A DNA stretch of 63,762 nucleotides, filler included, from Octopus bimaculoides (lineage: Eukaryota): assembly GCF_001194135.2 (NCBI RefSeq). It is 4 parts of 4 records of this genome, joined end to end, with 100 filler letters (N's around TTAATTAATTAA, not from the genome) between each part and the next. Parts side by side here need not be neighbours in the genome. Positions count along the whole stretch, not along the records: positions 25,768 to 53,750 come from NC_069002.1; 3 more parts are not named here. One strand, written 5' to 3'. Position 1 is the stretch's first letter. Each line of letters starts with the position of its first letter. The notes under the pieces were generated by a model that made no database searches, was not told where the DNA came from, and was given only the letters and a program-made list of their open reading frames with translations. Positions 27,331-41,846 of this stretch are shown here, piece by piece. The position numbers were made by a program, and so were the translations under genes.

Positions 27331-30092
27331 GAGAGCGAGATAGAGAATCAAATATATATGTATACATTTATATTCATATATACATACTTACGTAAACGCA
27401 CCCACACATATAATAAGGGGGAGGGTAATGAAGAAAAATATATTTATACATATATGTGTATGTGCATCCTATGTGCACGTATGGAGTGGGGAGTGTGTGT
27501 CTGTGTTATTCTTGTTAAAATGAGAGATCGGGAGCAACCAGTGTGCAAGGCTACGATATCTTTATATAGCTGCGTCCCTTCAACTGTATATTGTTAATCA
27601 TTTGCAATCGCCTTTTTCTCAAGTAAAAATAAGTATTGTTGTTCGTCCTGTGTTCTAAAGTTATGACATGAGATTTTAGTATTGTGTTCACAATCATTGG
27701 GCTTTATGTTCGATTCCTGAAATGAGCGGGGGGGGGGGGTACACCTTGTGCGTTACAGTTTAACTTTTCGTTTCTCCCTGTTCCAGTCCACTAAACTAAA
27801 ACTGAGTACCAGCAGGAGGGGAGATATTTTGCTTCTGAGAGACCAGCGTTCGATTCAGAGAACAACTTTGTAACCTCAGTCACGTAAACGTTGTCTTTAG
27901 ATCTTACTTGGGTCGATTTAATTCATTATAAATCTCCAATCAATATTGACAGTGTATTGCATTAGTAAGAGTGTAAACTCTGCAAGCTACAAGTGTGTCA
28001 ACAGTTGCTTATTTTCCCAATGATATGTAGAATGGTTATAGCTGCTTCGAATAAATCGACTGTATTCGATCAGGTAAGATGTTATAGACATTGCCTCCAA
28101 ACAGATGATGAAGAAAATTGATTGGGTGACATTTAAATGGTAAATTGCCCATAGAAAATAATTTTGCTTACTTTAATGATTATCAATTAAACTTGAACCA
28201 TTAACCCTCTTACCATTGCTCTATATATTCGAGAATGTTAAGCAAATTATTGTTCCTTGATACAAGAAAAATTATGTTACATACTTCTTTTTATTAGAGA
28301 GACTGAAAAGAGCAACGAATTCAAAGACTAATTGAATAATCACCAGTATAGGAAATTTCATTATCTTCAGAGAAAAAATGCGAGGAGAAGAGAGAGAATA
28401 AGGTAAATAAGCAGAGTGAAAAAACGAAGTCGGTAAAGCTGAAGTAAAATGTCAAAAATTTATTCTGAAGATATATGTAAATGGGCTGATTTCCTGCATG
28501 TTATATTTGATATATATTGTAGAGTGATCAATGCAATAAATAAGTAACTAATGTAGAATTATCTTTTCTTTTTCGGTATAAAACTGATGTTTACAGATCT
28601 TCACAAAAGAAAGTTGTATTTTTTTTTAAAGTCTAATAGAATAATGTTAGAGAGGATAAGTAATTCTGGTGGGATAATTATCGGAAAGAGAAGCTTTTGC
28701 AGAATTGGTTTAAATAGTCTGACTTGATCAGTTTAGCCTCATTTTTATGATTAATTTGACATTAGAAAACAAAATCGATTGTATCAATTCTGCTTAGACA
28801 TCGTAAATGAAACTTTTATCCAGTTTAGTGAATCTTCCTTGGCCGGATTGGTAAATTGTTAGTTCAGGGTCCCAAAGATCTCTAGCTCGTATCGCTCAAG
28901 GAGCACTTTTGTATGTTTCAGGCTTTTCATCAGGTACGACAGAATGTACGCTAGAAAAAAAATCTTCTAAAAAATAAATGTGTTAAGCATATCAACTTTC
29001 TGGATACCACGCTATAGTTGTATTAATGGGAACACTGTTGACGTTTCACACATTTATTAATCTAAAATAATAAGAATCCTTTCTGCTATAGCCACACGGC
29101 CTGAAATGTGGGGTGGGTGGNNNNNNNNNNNNNNNNNNNNNNNNNNNNNNNNNNNNNNNNNNNNNNNNNNNNNNNNNNNNNNNNNNNNNNNNNNNNNNNN
29201 NNNNNNNNNNNNNNNNNNNNNNNNNNNNNNNNNNNNNNNNNNNNNNNNNNNNNNNNNNNNNNNNNNNNNNNNNNNNNNNNNNNNNNNNNNNNNNNNNNNN
29301 NNNNNNNNNNNNNNNNNNNNNNNNNNNNNNNNNNNNNNNNNNNNNNNNNNNNNNNNNNNNNNNNNNNNNNNNNNNNNNNNNNNNNNNNNNNNNNNNNNNN
29401 NNNNNNNNNNNNNNNNNNNNNNNNNNNNNNNNNNNNNNNNNNNNNNNNNNNNNNNNNNNNNNNNNNNNNNNNNNNNNNNNNNNNNNNNNNNNNNNNNNNN
29501 NNNNNNNNNNNNNNNNNNNNNNNNNNNNNNNNNNNNNNNNNNNNNNNNNNNNNNNNNNNNNNNNNNNNNNNNNNNNNNNNNNNNNNNNNNNNNNNNNNNN
29601 NNNNNNNNNNNNNNNNNNNNNNNNNNNNNNNNNNNNNNNNNNNNNNNNNNNNNNNNNNNNNNNNNNNNNNNNNNNNNNNNNNNNNNNNNNNNNNNNNNNN
29701 NNNNNNNNNNNNNNNNNNNNNNNNNNNNNNNNNNNNNNNNNNNNNNNNNNNNNNNNNNNNNNNNNNNNNNNNNNNNNNNNNNNNNNNNNNNNNNNNNNNN
29801 NNNNNNNNNNNNNNNNNNNNNNNNNNNNNNNNNNNNNNNNNNNNNNNNNNNNNNNNNNNNNNNNNNNNNNNNNNNNNNNNNNNNNNNNNNNNNNNNNNNN
29901 NNNNNNNNNNNNNNNNNNNNNNNNNNNNNNNNNNNNNNNNNNNNNNNNNNNNNNNNNNNNNNNNNNNNNNNNNNNNNNNNNNNNNNNNNNNNNNNNNNNN
30001 NNNNNNNNNNNNNNNNNNNNNNNNNNNNNNNNNNNNNNNNNNNNNNNNNNNNNNNNNNNNNNNNNNNNNNNNNNNNNNNNNNNNNNNNNNNN

Positions 30093-30910
30093 CCTAAACA
30101 TTTCCAATACATACGCACTGGCTCCCATGTTCGACAACTATAAGATCTTTGCATCGGTTAATCGGCTGGGAATCGGAGGAAATGCTGGTCTCACCGACAG
30201 CAATTATATGAAATTATATGAAATTGAGCAGGCGCCTTTGCTTCCAGAACGACCCCAGGCCGCGAGCATTTAAAATTCCTACTCTTAATATGGCCATGTT
30301 GGCAAGCTAAAGAGAGAAGGGAAAGGTTTACTTATCTCCTGGTGTCTTGTGATGGTGGGGGGGAGTCGACTCCCATAATTGGTGGGGTTTTGGTGGGGGA
30401 CCCATTTAAGAACATCGATGTGGATCTCACATGCGTGGTTCTCACGTCCTCGGGAAAGCTCTCTCGAGTTTTTGTTTAGGAGTCGGGCGACATTCGCACA
30501 AGAAGTCAATCTTCTGGTACGCAAAATGTGCTCGATTCGAATATCACTCCTGACTGTTTCAATTTTAAAGTTTTGTGTTACCAGGGCCATCAGTTCCTAA
30601 TTGTCCCTTCTGACGAATACGAAGTTGGGTGCTTTGTGTTGGTGTTGTATCATTTTTTTTTTGCCTGATTGTAGTGGTGATGGTCTTGTTGCTTCTGTTG
30701 TGTCTGTGTGTGCTGTAACTGTGGTATCTGCAGTTTTAGATGTTTGCGTGAGTGTTTGTTCTTGTATGTTTAGGCTGTTAGCATCTGGGGGGATTATGGT
30801 GACTGATGTTGCTATTTCTTATTTGCGGCTTTTGTACGCTCCTTTTCCATTAGCCCAATATCACCCCTACAGAGGCTAGACAACCGCAGAGAATCAGTAA
30901 CAGGTTCGTG
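30093..30910 (-). mobile_element. L1/Tx1-like LINE fragment spanning the ORF1 end and ORF2 start
   Basis: Minus strand from about 30298 reads MAILRVGILNARGLGSFWKQRRLLNF..FHIIAVGETSIS (APE N-terminus: LNARGL and ET motifs). Confidence 0.7.
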
Positions 30911-31032
30911 ATGTTTCTATTGACAACTTGGATTAAAATGAATAATCCAAATAAGCAGCAAACCGGTGTAAATAAATATTTTAAGCTGTATCAACCTGGT
31001 GCGCTTGAAAACAAGTCTTACGTATTCCGCGA

Positions 31033-31108
<76 letters not shown>

Positions 31109-31192
31109 GTTCAAAAGATAGTGCTCATGGGAACTGCCCATATCCTACGTAAAATACTGTCTATGTGATCTCAAATTTTAAAGCAAACACAT
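31109..31192 (+). mobile_element. R4/Dong-like LINE 3' end, 5'-truncated, directly after (TAA)n
   Basis: Encodes QKIVLMGTAHILRKILSM*; runs into a gap. Confidence 0.75.
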
Positions 31193-31755
31193 NNNNNNNN
31201 NNNNNNNNNNNNNNNNNNNNNNNNNNNNNNNNNNNNNNNNNNNNNNNNNNNNNNNNNNNNNNNNNNNNNNNNNNNNNNNNNNNNNNNNNNNNNNNNNNNN
31301 NNNNNNNNNNNNNNNNNNNNNNNNNNNNNNNNNNNNNNNNNNNNNNNNNNNNNNNNNNNNNNNNNNNNNNNNNNNNNNNNNNNNNNNNNNNNNNNNNNNN
31401 NNNNNNNNNNNNNNNNNNNNNNNNNNNNNNNNNNNNNNNNNNNNNNNNNNNNNNNNNNNNNNNNNNNNNNNNNNNNNNNNNNNNNNNNNNNNNNNNNNNN
31501 NNNNNNNNNNNNNNNNNNNNNNNNNNNNNNNNNNNNNNNNNNNNNNNNNNNNNNNNNNNNNNNNNNNNNNNNNNNAAAGGATTGACGTAACTCTTCACAA
31601 AGGTAAACAGTCAAGAGGAAGAGCGCGATTCGATTGTAAGATATTTTATTAGTTGAACGATATTCCAACACTAAGTCTGTCTTTGTCAAGTTCAAAATAA
31701 GAAGTGATAAAAAGTCAAAATTACAGAAATTTAAACGTAACGCTCTTCGTCTTGA

Positions 31756-31756
31756 C

Positions 31757-31811
<55 letters not shown>

Positions 31812-31900
31812 AAGAAGAAGAAGAAGTAGAAGAAGAAGAAGAAGAAGAAGAAGAAGAAGAAGAAGAAGAAGAAGAAGAAGAAGAAGAAGAAGAAGAAGAG
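31756..31900. repeat. (TAA)n-(GAA)n compound microsatellite
   Basis: Directly visible. Confidence 0.95.
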
Positions 31901-32099
31901 TATTACTGACTACTAGTACACCCGGCACCGATAATGAAGATGATGTTGCTGAATATTTCTCTAGCGAGCATACTTGCACTTCTCACTTAATGCAAGTTCA
32001 TAATACAAACACACTACTCGGTGTAGTAAAATAATGTAACACAAGGAGGGTTATATCATTTCTAAAAATCCAAAACAAATTTCTTCCAATAGGTCGGGT

Positions 32100-33080
32100 C
32101 GTGTAGGCCAAATTTAATGAATCAATTTAGAGCATCGTATCTTCTCTCAATTTTGTCTTTCTTATAAAACTCTTCTAGATGAAAGCCCATTTCACCCTCA
32201 CCCGCCTTGCTATTTTCTCCCATATCAAATACACTTAATGGCAGTAATTCTCTTTCTTTCTTCTCCTTATACATTCTTTCCTCTGCGAATGATAACTGAA
32301 GACATTGAAGAGAGCATCACTACTGTCATATTATTTTTGGTTTTTTCAAGAATAATTTACCAAAATGCAGTTGGGAAACAGTACACGTTTTCTGGAATCA
32401 GAGAGCTTCCTACCCAGCTGGTGTATGTTATATTCCTGGGTTTTCTTCGCCCTCCCTTCTGCACCTCAACCATTCGTTCGCTAAGAGTAGTGTTTCTACT
32501 AGCCTAACTAAACCTTTTTTCAAGTACTACTTTGATGACCTGCTGTAATTTGGGGAAGTCTACATTGGTGCATTAGAAAATGAAGACGGATCATCCTAAC
32601 GGACAGTTAGAAAGGATCTTGCACCGTCCTTCCTCTTCCTGGACACGCCATTGCAATATCAGCAAGCGTCCATGATACCATTTCAATCTCCCAGTAACAC
32701 TAACGAGGGAGATGTAAGGACTATATCGTAGAGTCAAACGTATCACTATTTGCCATCTTTCAGTTCTTCGCCAACGCTTTCATTGCTAGTCATATTGAAG
32801 ATCATCAGTTTAACCTAATGAAGGTACAGGAAAATTCAATTTCCCCTTATGTGTATGTTGTTTAGAAACAGTGCAGACTCACCACACCAAGAAAGATGGC
32901 ATAAGCCACGTAGTTCTTCAGAAAGTGAACGAGTGATTTTATCGAGAAAATCTTGGTTTCATTTATGGTCACAGTATCCTTCATTAGTTACCTGAAATCG
33001 CTGCGAAGTTGTTTCTTTTTCTTCGACATAATCAGACAAATCGCATGTTTACTGCTTATTCTACACATATTAGTTTCCTC
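32100..33080 (-). mobile_element. Highly degraded L1/Tx1-like APE endonuclease region
   Basis: Minus-strand gtgttactgggagattgaaatggtatcatggac = VLLGD*NGIMD (GDWN motif with TGG>TGA); an upstream INETK-like motif. Confidence 0.45.
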
Positions 33081-34649
33081 TGAAAAAAAAAATATCTGAT
33101 CGGACTAAACCAACTGTTCATAAGAAACAACTAGAAACAAATACTATTGAATGACAATATCGCCAAAATCACATTAGAAAAAATAGAGACTCCTTAAACC
33201 ATCACGATTAATGTTAAACACTGGCAACTTTAGAATATGTACGGGCATATGTTTATTAATAATTATGTGTAAGGTAATTAAATTCTCAGAACGCGAAATA
33301 TTATTGTTTTCTAGAATAATTTACGTTAACATTTCTTTCTTATAAATGTAAAACTCTCTAAACTTATTAAAGTAAAGAAGGAAATAACATTAAGAAATTA
33401 AGTTTGCATTTTCATCAATGAGAAGTAAATAGTGGTGAAGAATGATGAATGAAATCGAAGAAAAACAAAAGCCACAACTTAAAAAGTCCAAATAAGACAT
33501 ATTTTGTATGAATCGATCAGTGAGTGATCCAATTACAATTTCAAACATTATTCTGCTATATGTAGTAGAAAGATTATTGTGAGTTGTATCGCCCTCAGTT
33601 GCAACTTAATGTTCGCCGGTTGTTGGTGGGCGTAATTCGTAACATAATGCAGTGCTAGCCATCAAATATAAATTATAGACTTTGGTATCTGCTCGTTGAG
33701 TCTTTTTCTAAGACTGGTGCTGTACTGGTATGGACATTCTCTCTCTATATCTTCTAATAGGACTGGCTAAATTGCCACGTAATATGAAATATTTATTTTA
33801 TAATTAAAACCATTGCTAGCCTCCTTGTAAATATGCTGCCTGTCTTTTGTAGTCTGAACTTCAGAGAGTCAACTACAATTATCGATTCATACAATTGCTT
33901 TCCATTTATATAGTGTAACGATTCGATACATTTGCTCATGTCTCTTTTCAAAAAAATGCACGCTCCGATCTCAGCATTCAAAATAACGGATCCACTTATT
34001 ATCAGCGGCTAAATGTACTATAACTACGAGTACTTGGCTGATAAAACTACGATTAATAATAATTTAATGCCACAGTTTTGTATCGGTTCCAAGATTGAAA
34101 CTTCATTTTCTAAACTACTCATCCATGAAACAATCTCATAGATATGTCGGTTTCCTTGATCTTCAAATCTTCTGCGACATTCAACTGAAGATAGATGGTG
34201 TCGAGTACGACCAGATTTGCTTAACGAGACGTGATTTCGTGCTTGTGTTACAAGTGTTTGAATATTATGTTATTTTAACTTTGCTTGAACTGTCATCTTA
34301 AAATCTAGTAATACTTCCAAGAAATAAATTAACTGAAGTATAGATTTATAAAAAGCAGTATCGTTAAATTGGTTATATATATATATATTGTATATATTGT
34401 ATATATAAACTAGTTCTCACAAGGAATTTCTATACAAATTTTGAGTTCCATATCTTAATTCACATTACATTTCTGTTTATTATGATGTACAACAAAGACT
34501 AAGGAATAATGAAGAATTTGAAATGCGAAAATTTCTTCGTGAAGATAAGACTCAACATTAATAATTCCGTCGGCCCTGTTTCAGGCGTCACTGATGTTAA
34601 TTGTATTAGCTTTGACATATCTATAAGAATCTGGAAAACGAAGTCGTTC

Positions 34650-35700
34650 TAGGCAGGATTTCGAAGCCAGTGTACATCTAAAATGTTCATTGACGTTTCT
34701 CTATGCTACTTCTAAATACAAATAGGAAAGAATGTATATAATAATTTGCACGTTCATTCTCCCGTTAGTTAGAGAAGTGAATGTGGGCGGAGTGTGAATA
34801 GAGAAGACGTGAGGAAGAAGTAGAGAAGAAGGGAGGAAGAATAGAAAGACGTGAGGAAGAAGTAGAGAAAGATATATAATAAGGCCAAACGTATCATGCA
34901 GTTACTTGAAGGGAGAGGCGAAAACGAGAAGAAAAGTCGGTGAGAGAAAAGAGGGAGAGAGAAGTGTTAAGGATAAGCTGTAGGTCAAGGAGCAAGAGAT
35001 TTGTTTAGGATACAATATTTGGCAGATGGCGATGTTCTGGAGTTGAGATTAAAGAAAGGTACATTAAGAGAGAAGGACAGGGGAGGCAGTTACATTGAGA
35101 GAAAGCAGGGAGAGCGTTTGTATTGTCTGAATAGAGCTACATCGGCAGTAAGAATAAGTGGCTGTAAACAAAGTCATGAACAGACACATATTAGTACATA
35201 AACAGACGTTCACATGTACATACACATGTACACACACACTTTCTCATATGCACGACAGAATGTTTTCCGTGATCAGGTCACGGTCTCAAAGCGACGAAAA
35301 TATTTTGGCAAATTAAATTAAAATCTTGAAGTGAATCTAAGGGTTTTTTTTGTTTTTAAATGGCTTATAAACACCCTCTACGCTGCAATTGTTTAAATCT
35401 ATAATATATACCTGTTTGTTCACCCTTTACGCTTTACTTTGTTAGAGAGGAGGTGGAGTGAGAAAGAAGAAGAGGGGATGTGAGAGTGAGCGAGTGAGAA
35501 AGCAGATAGCCAGCCGATGCATTGTGTTCTCACACATGCGGTTATGGAAGTGAGAGGTGAAGAGAATGAAAGAAATGTTGAAAGCATGAGGAGGGGAAAT
35601 GCGAGGTCAAAATGTTTGTTGAAGAGGTAGAGAGAAAGAAAGGAATATAAAGTCCTTAGCAGAGGCAAATTTTGTAATCATAAAATATTATTGTGACTGA
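34650..35700 (-). mobile_element. Possible old PLE 3' end
   Basis: Layout resembles 51483-52800: a weak endonuclease-tail-like segment, a long pyrimidine-rich UTR on the minus strand and a decayed ...gcatagagaaacgtcaa motif. Confidence 0.3.
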
Positions 35701-36296
35701 ATAGACAAAACTTAGCAAATTAAAAATGCATATACACCTTTCTTTCTTAAATAGCTTCTCATTTTGTTCAGTAGAAATTCCACGGGTCCCACTAGTAGAA
35801 CAGTAATTTTACTTAACATATGAAGCAACGCTGATGCCACTTCTTGTTTCCTGGTAAATATAACTCCGTGTTTATTACAAATCTTAAAGTAAATATTAAG
35901 GCAGAGTCAAAGATCCTTTTTCGATGCATCAAGCGAATCGCTCGAAATTTTTTCATCGATGGTGTTCATGAAATCATGATAAAATTGATACATACGAATC
36001 GATTATCATGTGAAGTATTTTTAATCAATGCTTTCTTCGTGCATTAGAATTGAAGTCAGAATAAGTGCTCCGTAAGATTTGTATTTCGCCGATGAATACT
36101 AAATCTAATAATTTTCTAAATGATTCTACTAAATGATTTTGCAGTTATTCCTGCAGCAGAGCAGTATTTCATCAGTGAATCGTATAAACGATATGACACC
36201 TCGCGTTATTTATTTATCGTTCTTTTATTTCTTGGTGAGGGGGTCTTACTTGGCCTGGGTTGCTCTGTTATCACCCCAGTACCCATGAAATATTGC

Positions 36297-36726
36297 TACT
36301 CTCTTTTTACTCTTTTACTTGTTTCAGTCATTTGACTGCGGCCATGCTGGAGCTACGCCTTTAGTCGAGCAAATCGACCCCAGGGCTTGTTCTTTGTAAG
36401 CCTAGTACTTATTCTATCGGTCGCTTTCGCCGAACCGCTAGGCTACGGGGACGTAAACACACCACCATCGGTTGCCAAGCGATGGTGAGGGGACAAACAC
36501 AGACACACAAACACACACACATATATACATACACATATATACATACACATATATACATATATACGACGGGCTTCTTTCAGTTTCCGTCTACCAAATCCGC
36601 TCACAAGACTTTGGTCGGCCCGAGTCTATAGTAGAAGACACTTGCCCACGTTGTCATGCAGTAGGAATGAACCCGGAGCCATGTGGTTGGTGAGCAAGCT
36701 ACTTACCACACAGCCACTCCTGCGCC
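36297..36726 (-). mobile_element. Full-length SINE-A
   Basis: Reverse complement of 8031-8444. Confidence 0.9.
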
Positions 36727-36939
36727 TATAGTTGAATATTAATAGAAAAGAAATTATCAAAATACCAGTTATGAGACGTAGTAAAGTACATTAACTGGAA
36801 TCAACTATTTCAGTAAGAAAATATTCTGGATATTGTGAGTGAAATGTAAAGTTGACTTCAGGCAAAAATGAGTTTTGAAAGATTCAACATTTTACTGGCT
36901 AAGTTCTATGAAATCCATATTTAAAAGGCATCGCCCATT

Positions 36940-36946
36940 CTAGTTA

Positions 36947-37008
<62 letters not shown>

Positions 37009-37010
37009 GC

Positions 37011-37069
<59 letters not shown>

Positions 37070-37165
37070 TTGTTGTTGTTGTTGTCGTTGTTTTTGTTGT
37101 TGCTATTACTATTACGGCGACGCCTACGCAGTAGTAGTTGTCTCAGCAGTAGTAGTCGTAATAGC

Positions 37166-37221
<56 letters not shown>

Positions 37222-37235
37222 CAGTAGTAGTAGTA
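36940..37235. repeat. Compound microsatellite (TTA/GTT/TAG)
   Basis: Directly visible. Confidence 0.95.
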
Positions 37236-37302
37236 AACAAATATATGTTTTCAAATATGTATATATATGTCTAAGTATACTTAAATATAGATACTTACGT
37301 TG

Positions 37303-37354
<52 letters not shown>

Positions 37355-39257
37355 CTCATGCACACATGCATACGATGTACATTGACACACACACATCATT
37401 ATTTCAAAATGTACTTTACCTCGTGTGTGAAAGGGTATGCAGATTTATTACTTTATTAGACTGATTTTACATTTTAGCTTTATTTTCTACCTAATCCAGT
37501 ACTGTTTACATAGTTGAATGTTATTTGCATCTAGGCCACTCATATTTTCGATTTTTTTCCTGTAGAAATCGCTGCTAGAATCATGCAAACAGGATTAAGT
37601 TAAATCAAGTGGATTTTGTTATTTCTTGAGAGATGAATTTTAAAATTCAAATCAAGATAGTAAAATATTAAAAAACAAAATTAAATGTTTTAGTTTTCAA
37701 AATAGCAAAACATCCATTCTCACACATATACGCATGCGTATATGTCAGCTCGTTTTAGTATTCATATCAGAGGGTGTCTATGCAATCACATATTTATGCA
37801 TTTGAATATATGCATACTCAGATATATAATTTTATATACATTTATACTTACATGTACGTATATATGCACATATATATATTGGTTTGTATGCACATTTATA
37901 TAGCTTTGTATGCGTGTGTATACGTATATGTATATATATATATATATATGTGTGTGTGTATATATGAAGGTATGCGCGCCTATATACACAATTTCCAGCA
38001 TAATTGTTATATTTTTTTTAAAATTGCAATTTATTTTCGTAAACGAGTAATACTTTTTGTAGAATTACAGAATTATTTGCTGTATAACACTTTCATTTAC
38101 GTCGACTAAACGCTTCTTGGAGCTTTTCGTTTCCGTATAATCGATAAAGCATATACGAGACGTAAAAAAACGATTATGTAATCTCCGTTTGGAATATTGG
38201 AATAGATACAATAAACAAGTCATCAGTTGTTTTACAAAATCGGTAAAACCATAGAAAAGCATTTTGTTCATAAATGAGATTGTCCTTTCTCCATTCCTGG
38301 TTCAAATGGCTTCGAGCTTCACTATTGAAAAATGATCCTTAGAAACGCTGTGTCAGCTTTATATCTAATATAAACATCTTTGTCGCACTTCGGGTCTATT
38401 TCACAGATAAGAGCTCTGGATCAAATCTTAAGTTATTAAAACACTTCATTTAAACTTTCTCCAGCATAAAAAAAAATGCAATAAACTCCACAACATTCTA
38501 TACACTTTACAATCAAAAGTATTAGGTTTAGGAAATGCAATCCGTAATTCCTCTTGTGATATGAAAGTAGGTTTGTATTGTTTCGATAAACAGTGTAATA
38601 AAATTGTTTTGAATTACAATAAAGTGCTTCAGTGACTGCAACAATGTACATAGATTTTAGTTTTGTGGAAGGAACTGGTAATATCATATATTAGCAGAAA
38701 TAAGATACCATAATTCTACTGAACGTCTATTATACATTTTTAAGATTTCAAGAAATTTATAGTGATGTTTGGTAAAGTTACCAACATATATTATAATATA
38801 GCCACTACTACACATCACCTGGGAAAATGTCTGCTACCATAGCCTTGTAGAGACTGCATTTGAGTGGAAGTAGAAGTACAAGTCCCGTTCAACCAAAATT
38901 GGTAGCCTAGTGCTAACATTTGAAATGATTAGTCGATAAAGAAAGCCCTTAGGTACCACGTGTAAAATTCTGAGCAGTATTTATATTTACAAAGTCAGAT
39001 TTGCTATTCGCCTTTGTACAGTAAACTACCCGTGAAGTACTGGAGCTCACAGAATTAACTCTCACATTCTCCTCAACATTGCTAGTTTTGTGCCAAATTA
39101 GAAAACAATTATGTTAAATATATAACAGAGATACATAAGATGCTACAATACATACACGCGCACGGGAGTTTACAATCATATTTATAAACATGTTTATATG
39201 TGTATATATTTTATATATATATATATGTGTATATATTTTATATACATGTATATATAA

Positions 39258-39296
<39 letters not shown>

Positions 39297-39706
39297 ATAT
39301 GTGTGTATATANNNNNNNNNNNNNNNNNNNNNNNNNNNNNNNNNNNNNNNNNNNNNNNNNNNNNNNNNNNNNNNNNNNNNNNNNNNNNNNNNNNNNNNNN
39401 NNNNNNNNNNNNNNNNNNNNNNNNNNNNNNNNNNNNNNNNNNNNNNNNNNNNNNNNNNNNNNNNNNNNNNNNNNNNNNNNNNNNNNNNNNNNNNNNNNNN
39501 NNNNNNNNNNNNNNNNNNNNNNNNNNNNNNNNNNNNNNNNNNNNNNNNNNNNNNNNNNNNNNNNNNNNNNNNNNNNNNNNNNNNNNNNNNNNNNNNNNNN
39601 NNNNNNNNNNNNNNNNNNNNNNNNNNNNNNNNNNNNNNNNNNNNNNNNNNNNNNNNNNNNNNNNNNNNNNNNNNNNNNNNNNNNNNNNNNNNTATATATA
39701 TATATG

Positions 39707-39739
<33 letters not shown>

Positions 39740-40034
39740 ATGCACTTCCACAGAATCATACCACAAGCATCGCACACGCAACACCTGTGGATGTATGTTG
39801 CTTTCGTTCCTTTGAATATTAGTCAGAGAGGCGGGCACCACCAAATACATGTCTGGCCACGTGCTCCAAGAAATACAGATGGATATGATGCGTCTATGAT
39901 TCTTACAATTCTTTATCGTCCTACGTGACCAATAGCAGTCCATGGTTCAACAAGAGCCGTCTGAAACCGACGAGCGATCTATTTGTGCCAAGCCTATGCA
40001 ACATTAAGCTGCAAGAGGGCAAATAAAATTGTTT

Positions 40035-40094
<60 letters not shown>

Positions 40095-40097
<3 letters not shown>

Positions 40098-40620
40098 CCC
40101 TGATGCAGTACCAGGCAGTGGCTCTCGTGGTTTCTGATCTTAATTGATCCGAAGTGTTATCATGTACGTTGTTTTGTCTTGGTATAAAAGATGGGCTACA
40201 ACAAATATTCTGCTTAATACCACAGATTTGCTTGTTTGTTGCTGGACTTTAACCCGTTGAGCATGTCCCTTGGTGGCTGACGATATGTGCATCTCTGATC
40301 ACGAGCAGAAGTAGTGGGGAACATTATAGCTATGTGTTGAGATGAATTCTTTGGGGTTTGAATAATTCACCTTTGGAAACATGGGTGTTTTGCTCAACAT
40401 TCTTAAGCAGCCCTTGTCCCTGGACCTTTTGACCAGGATGGGCTACTCGACCTGAAGTCATGCACTGTTTACTTTGATATGAGATCCCCACGTCGCGCAC
40501 GTATGGTTGTGATGCATGTGACTGGTGTACCCTTATGAGATGGGTAGTCATGATGGGTATAATGGGCTTCGTATATTTTACCCCAGTGTCACGTAGATGG
40601 CATGCACTGCTCTCTCACTC
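40095..40620. mobile_element. 'T element', longer copy (~526 bp), flanked by (TAA)n
   Basis: Homologous to 16076-16425; about 60 nt of TAA on the left and a short TAA run on the right. Confidence 0.8.
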
Positions 40621-40629
40621 AATAATAAT

Positions 40630-41846
40630 ACTGCTTGGTGAAAACATGAAGAAGATTTCGAGTGTTCTTGAAAAATATGTCTTCTGAAAATCGTTTGAAC
40701 TTTTTGTGCAACTGTTAATGAACTTTGGAAAAAAGAGGAAATTTCGGCCCTGAAGAAAAAAGAGAAACGAAGCTGAAAAAGCTGATTTCCCATTCCCCTG
40801 AGCCAGTGGGTACGGGAGCATTTTGGTTGAGAAGATTTGCTTTGAAATATGAGAAGTCGTTTTTACTTTCAGGAAAAATGTTATGTGATAAACTCATTGA
40901 GGCCGGGTTTAATGTCGTAGCGGAAAATTTTCCAGAAATTCCAATACAACCAACAATTTTGCTCTCACACGGAATATCTTACATACAATCCACACCGCAC
41001 ACTGTTCATACATCACACCAGGAACAATCATTTTGTTTTGTCAACCAACTTTTTCGGAGATGTTTATATTTATGACAGTTTATATTTACCAGTTTTGCAG
41101 GAACTAATCGCACAAATAACAACATTGTATTCACTACAAATAGACATTATTCCTACAATTCAACAATTTTATATAATTAATCTCCAAGTCGGCACATATG
41201 ATTATGGCCTTTTTGCCGTGGCGTATGCATTTTAACTGGTCATTGGAAACGTTCCAGAGAAGTTTTCATTTGATCAGTCAGAAATGCGAGCACATTTAAG
41301 ATTTTGCCTCGAAAACAATAAATGTGTTCCTTTCCCGAAAGTAAAGGTTTCTCAAATGTCTACAAAAACCACAGAGGTCACTCACTTTCTATCACCCACC
41401 TAGAAATGGATTACCCCAAAAAAGACGACAAACAATTGATAACTTCTCACATGAACATTCAGAACAATGTTTAGCACCCAATCGGTTCTGTGTTTTAAGT
41501 GAAGATTTCGAGCAAAGCCCAAAAAAGTAGTCAGGAATCTAATGAGAGTAAAACTCTGAAAACCACTTGCCCGAGAAAAACCATCACACTAGAGAATAAG
41601 TCAGACATAAATTTATCTAAACTAAAACTTTCGCCCGACGATGTCTCAGTCTTAGAGCTTGGACTGAGTATTTGCTCAAGCACTAAGAATTTCGAGAACA
41701 ATAAACTAGCTCAAGGGCTATTTCAGGTTGTCCGCCGTCACAAGCAGAAATAATATATTTTTGAAAACACTAGTAACGAGGAGTCAGAAAACATTATTCG
41801 CCTTGACAGTTTACCTTTGTGAAAAGTTACGTCGATCCTTTAAAAC

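Noticed and set aside
39740-39830. CCVCDACG zinc-finger-like peptide on the minus strand
   Set aside because: An in-frame stop lies just upstream, splice signals are weak, and there is no second Cys pair of a recognisable finger.
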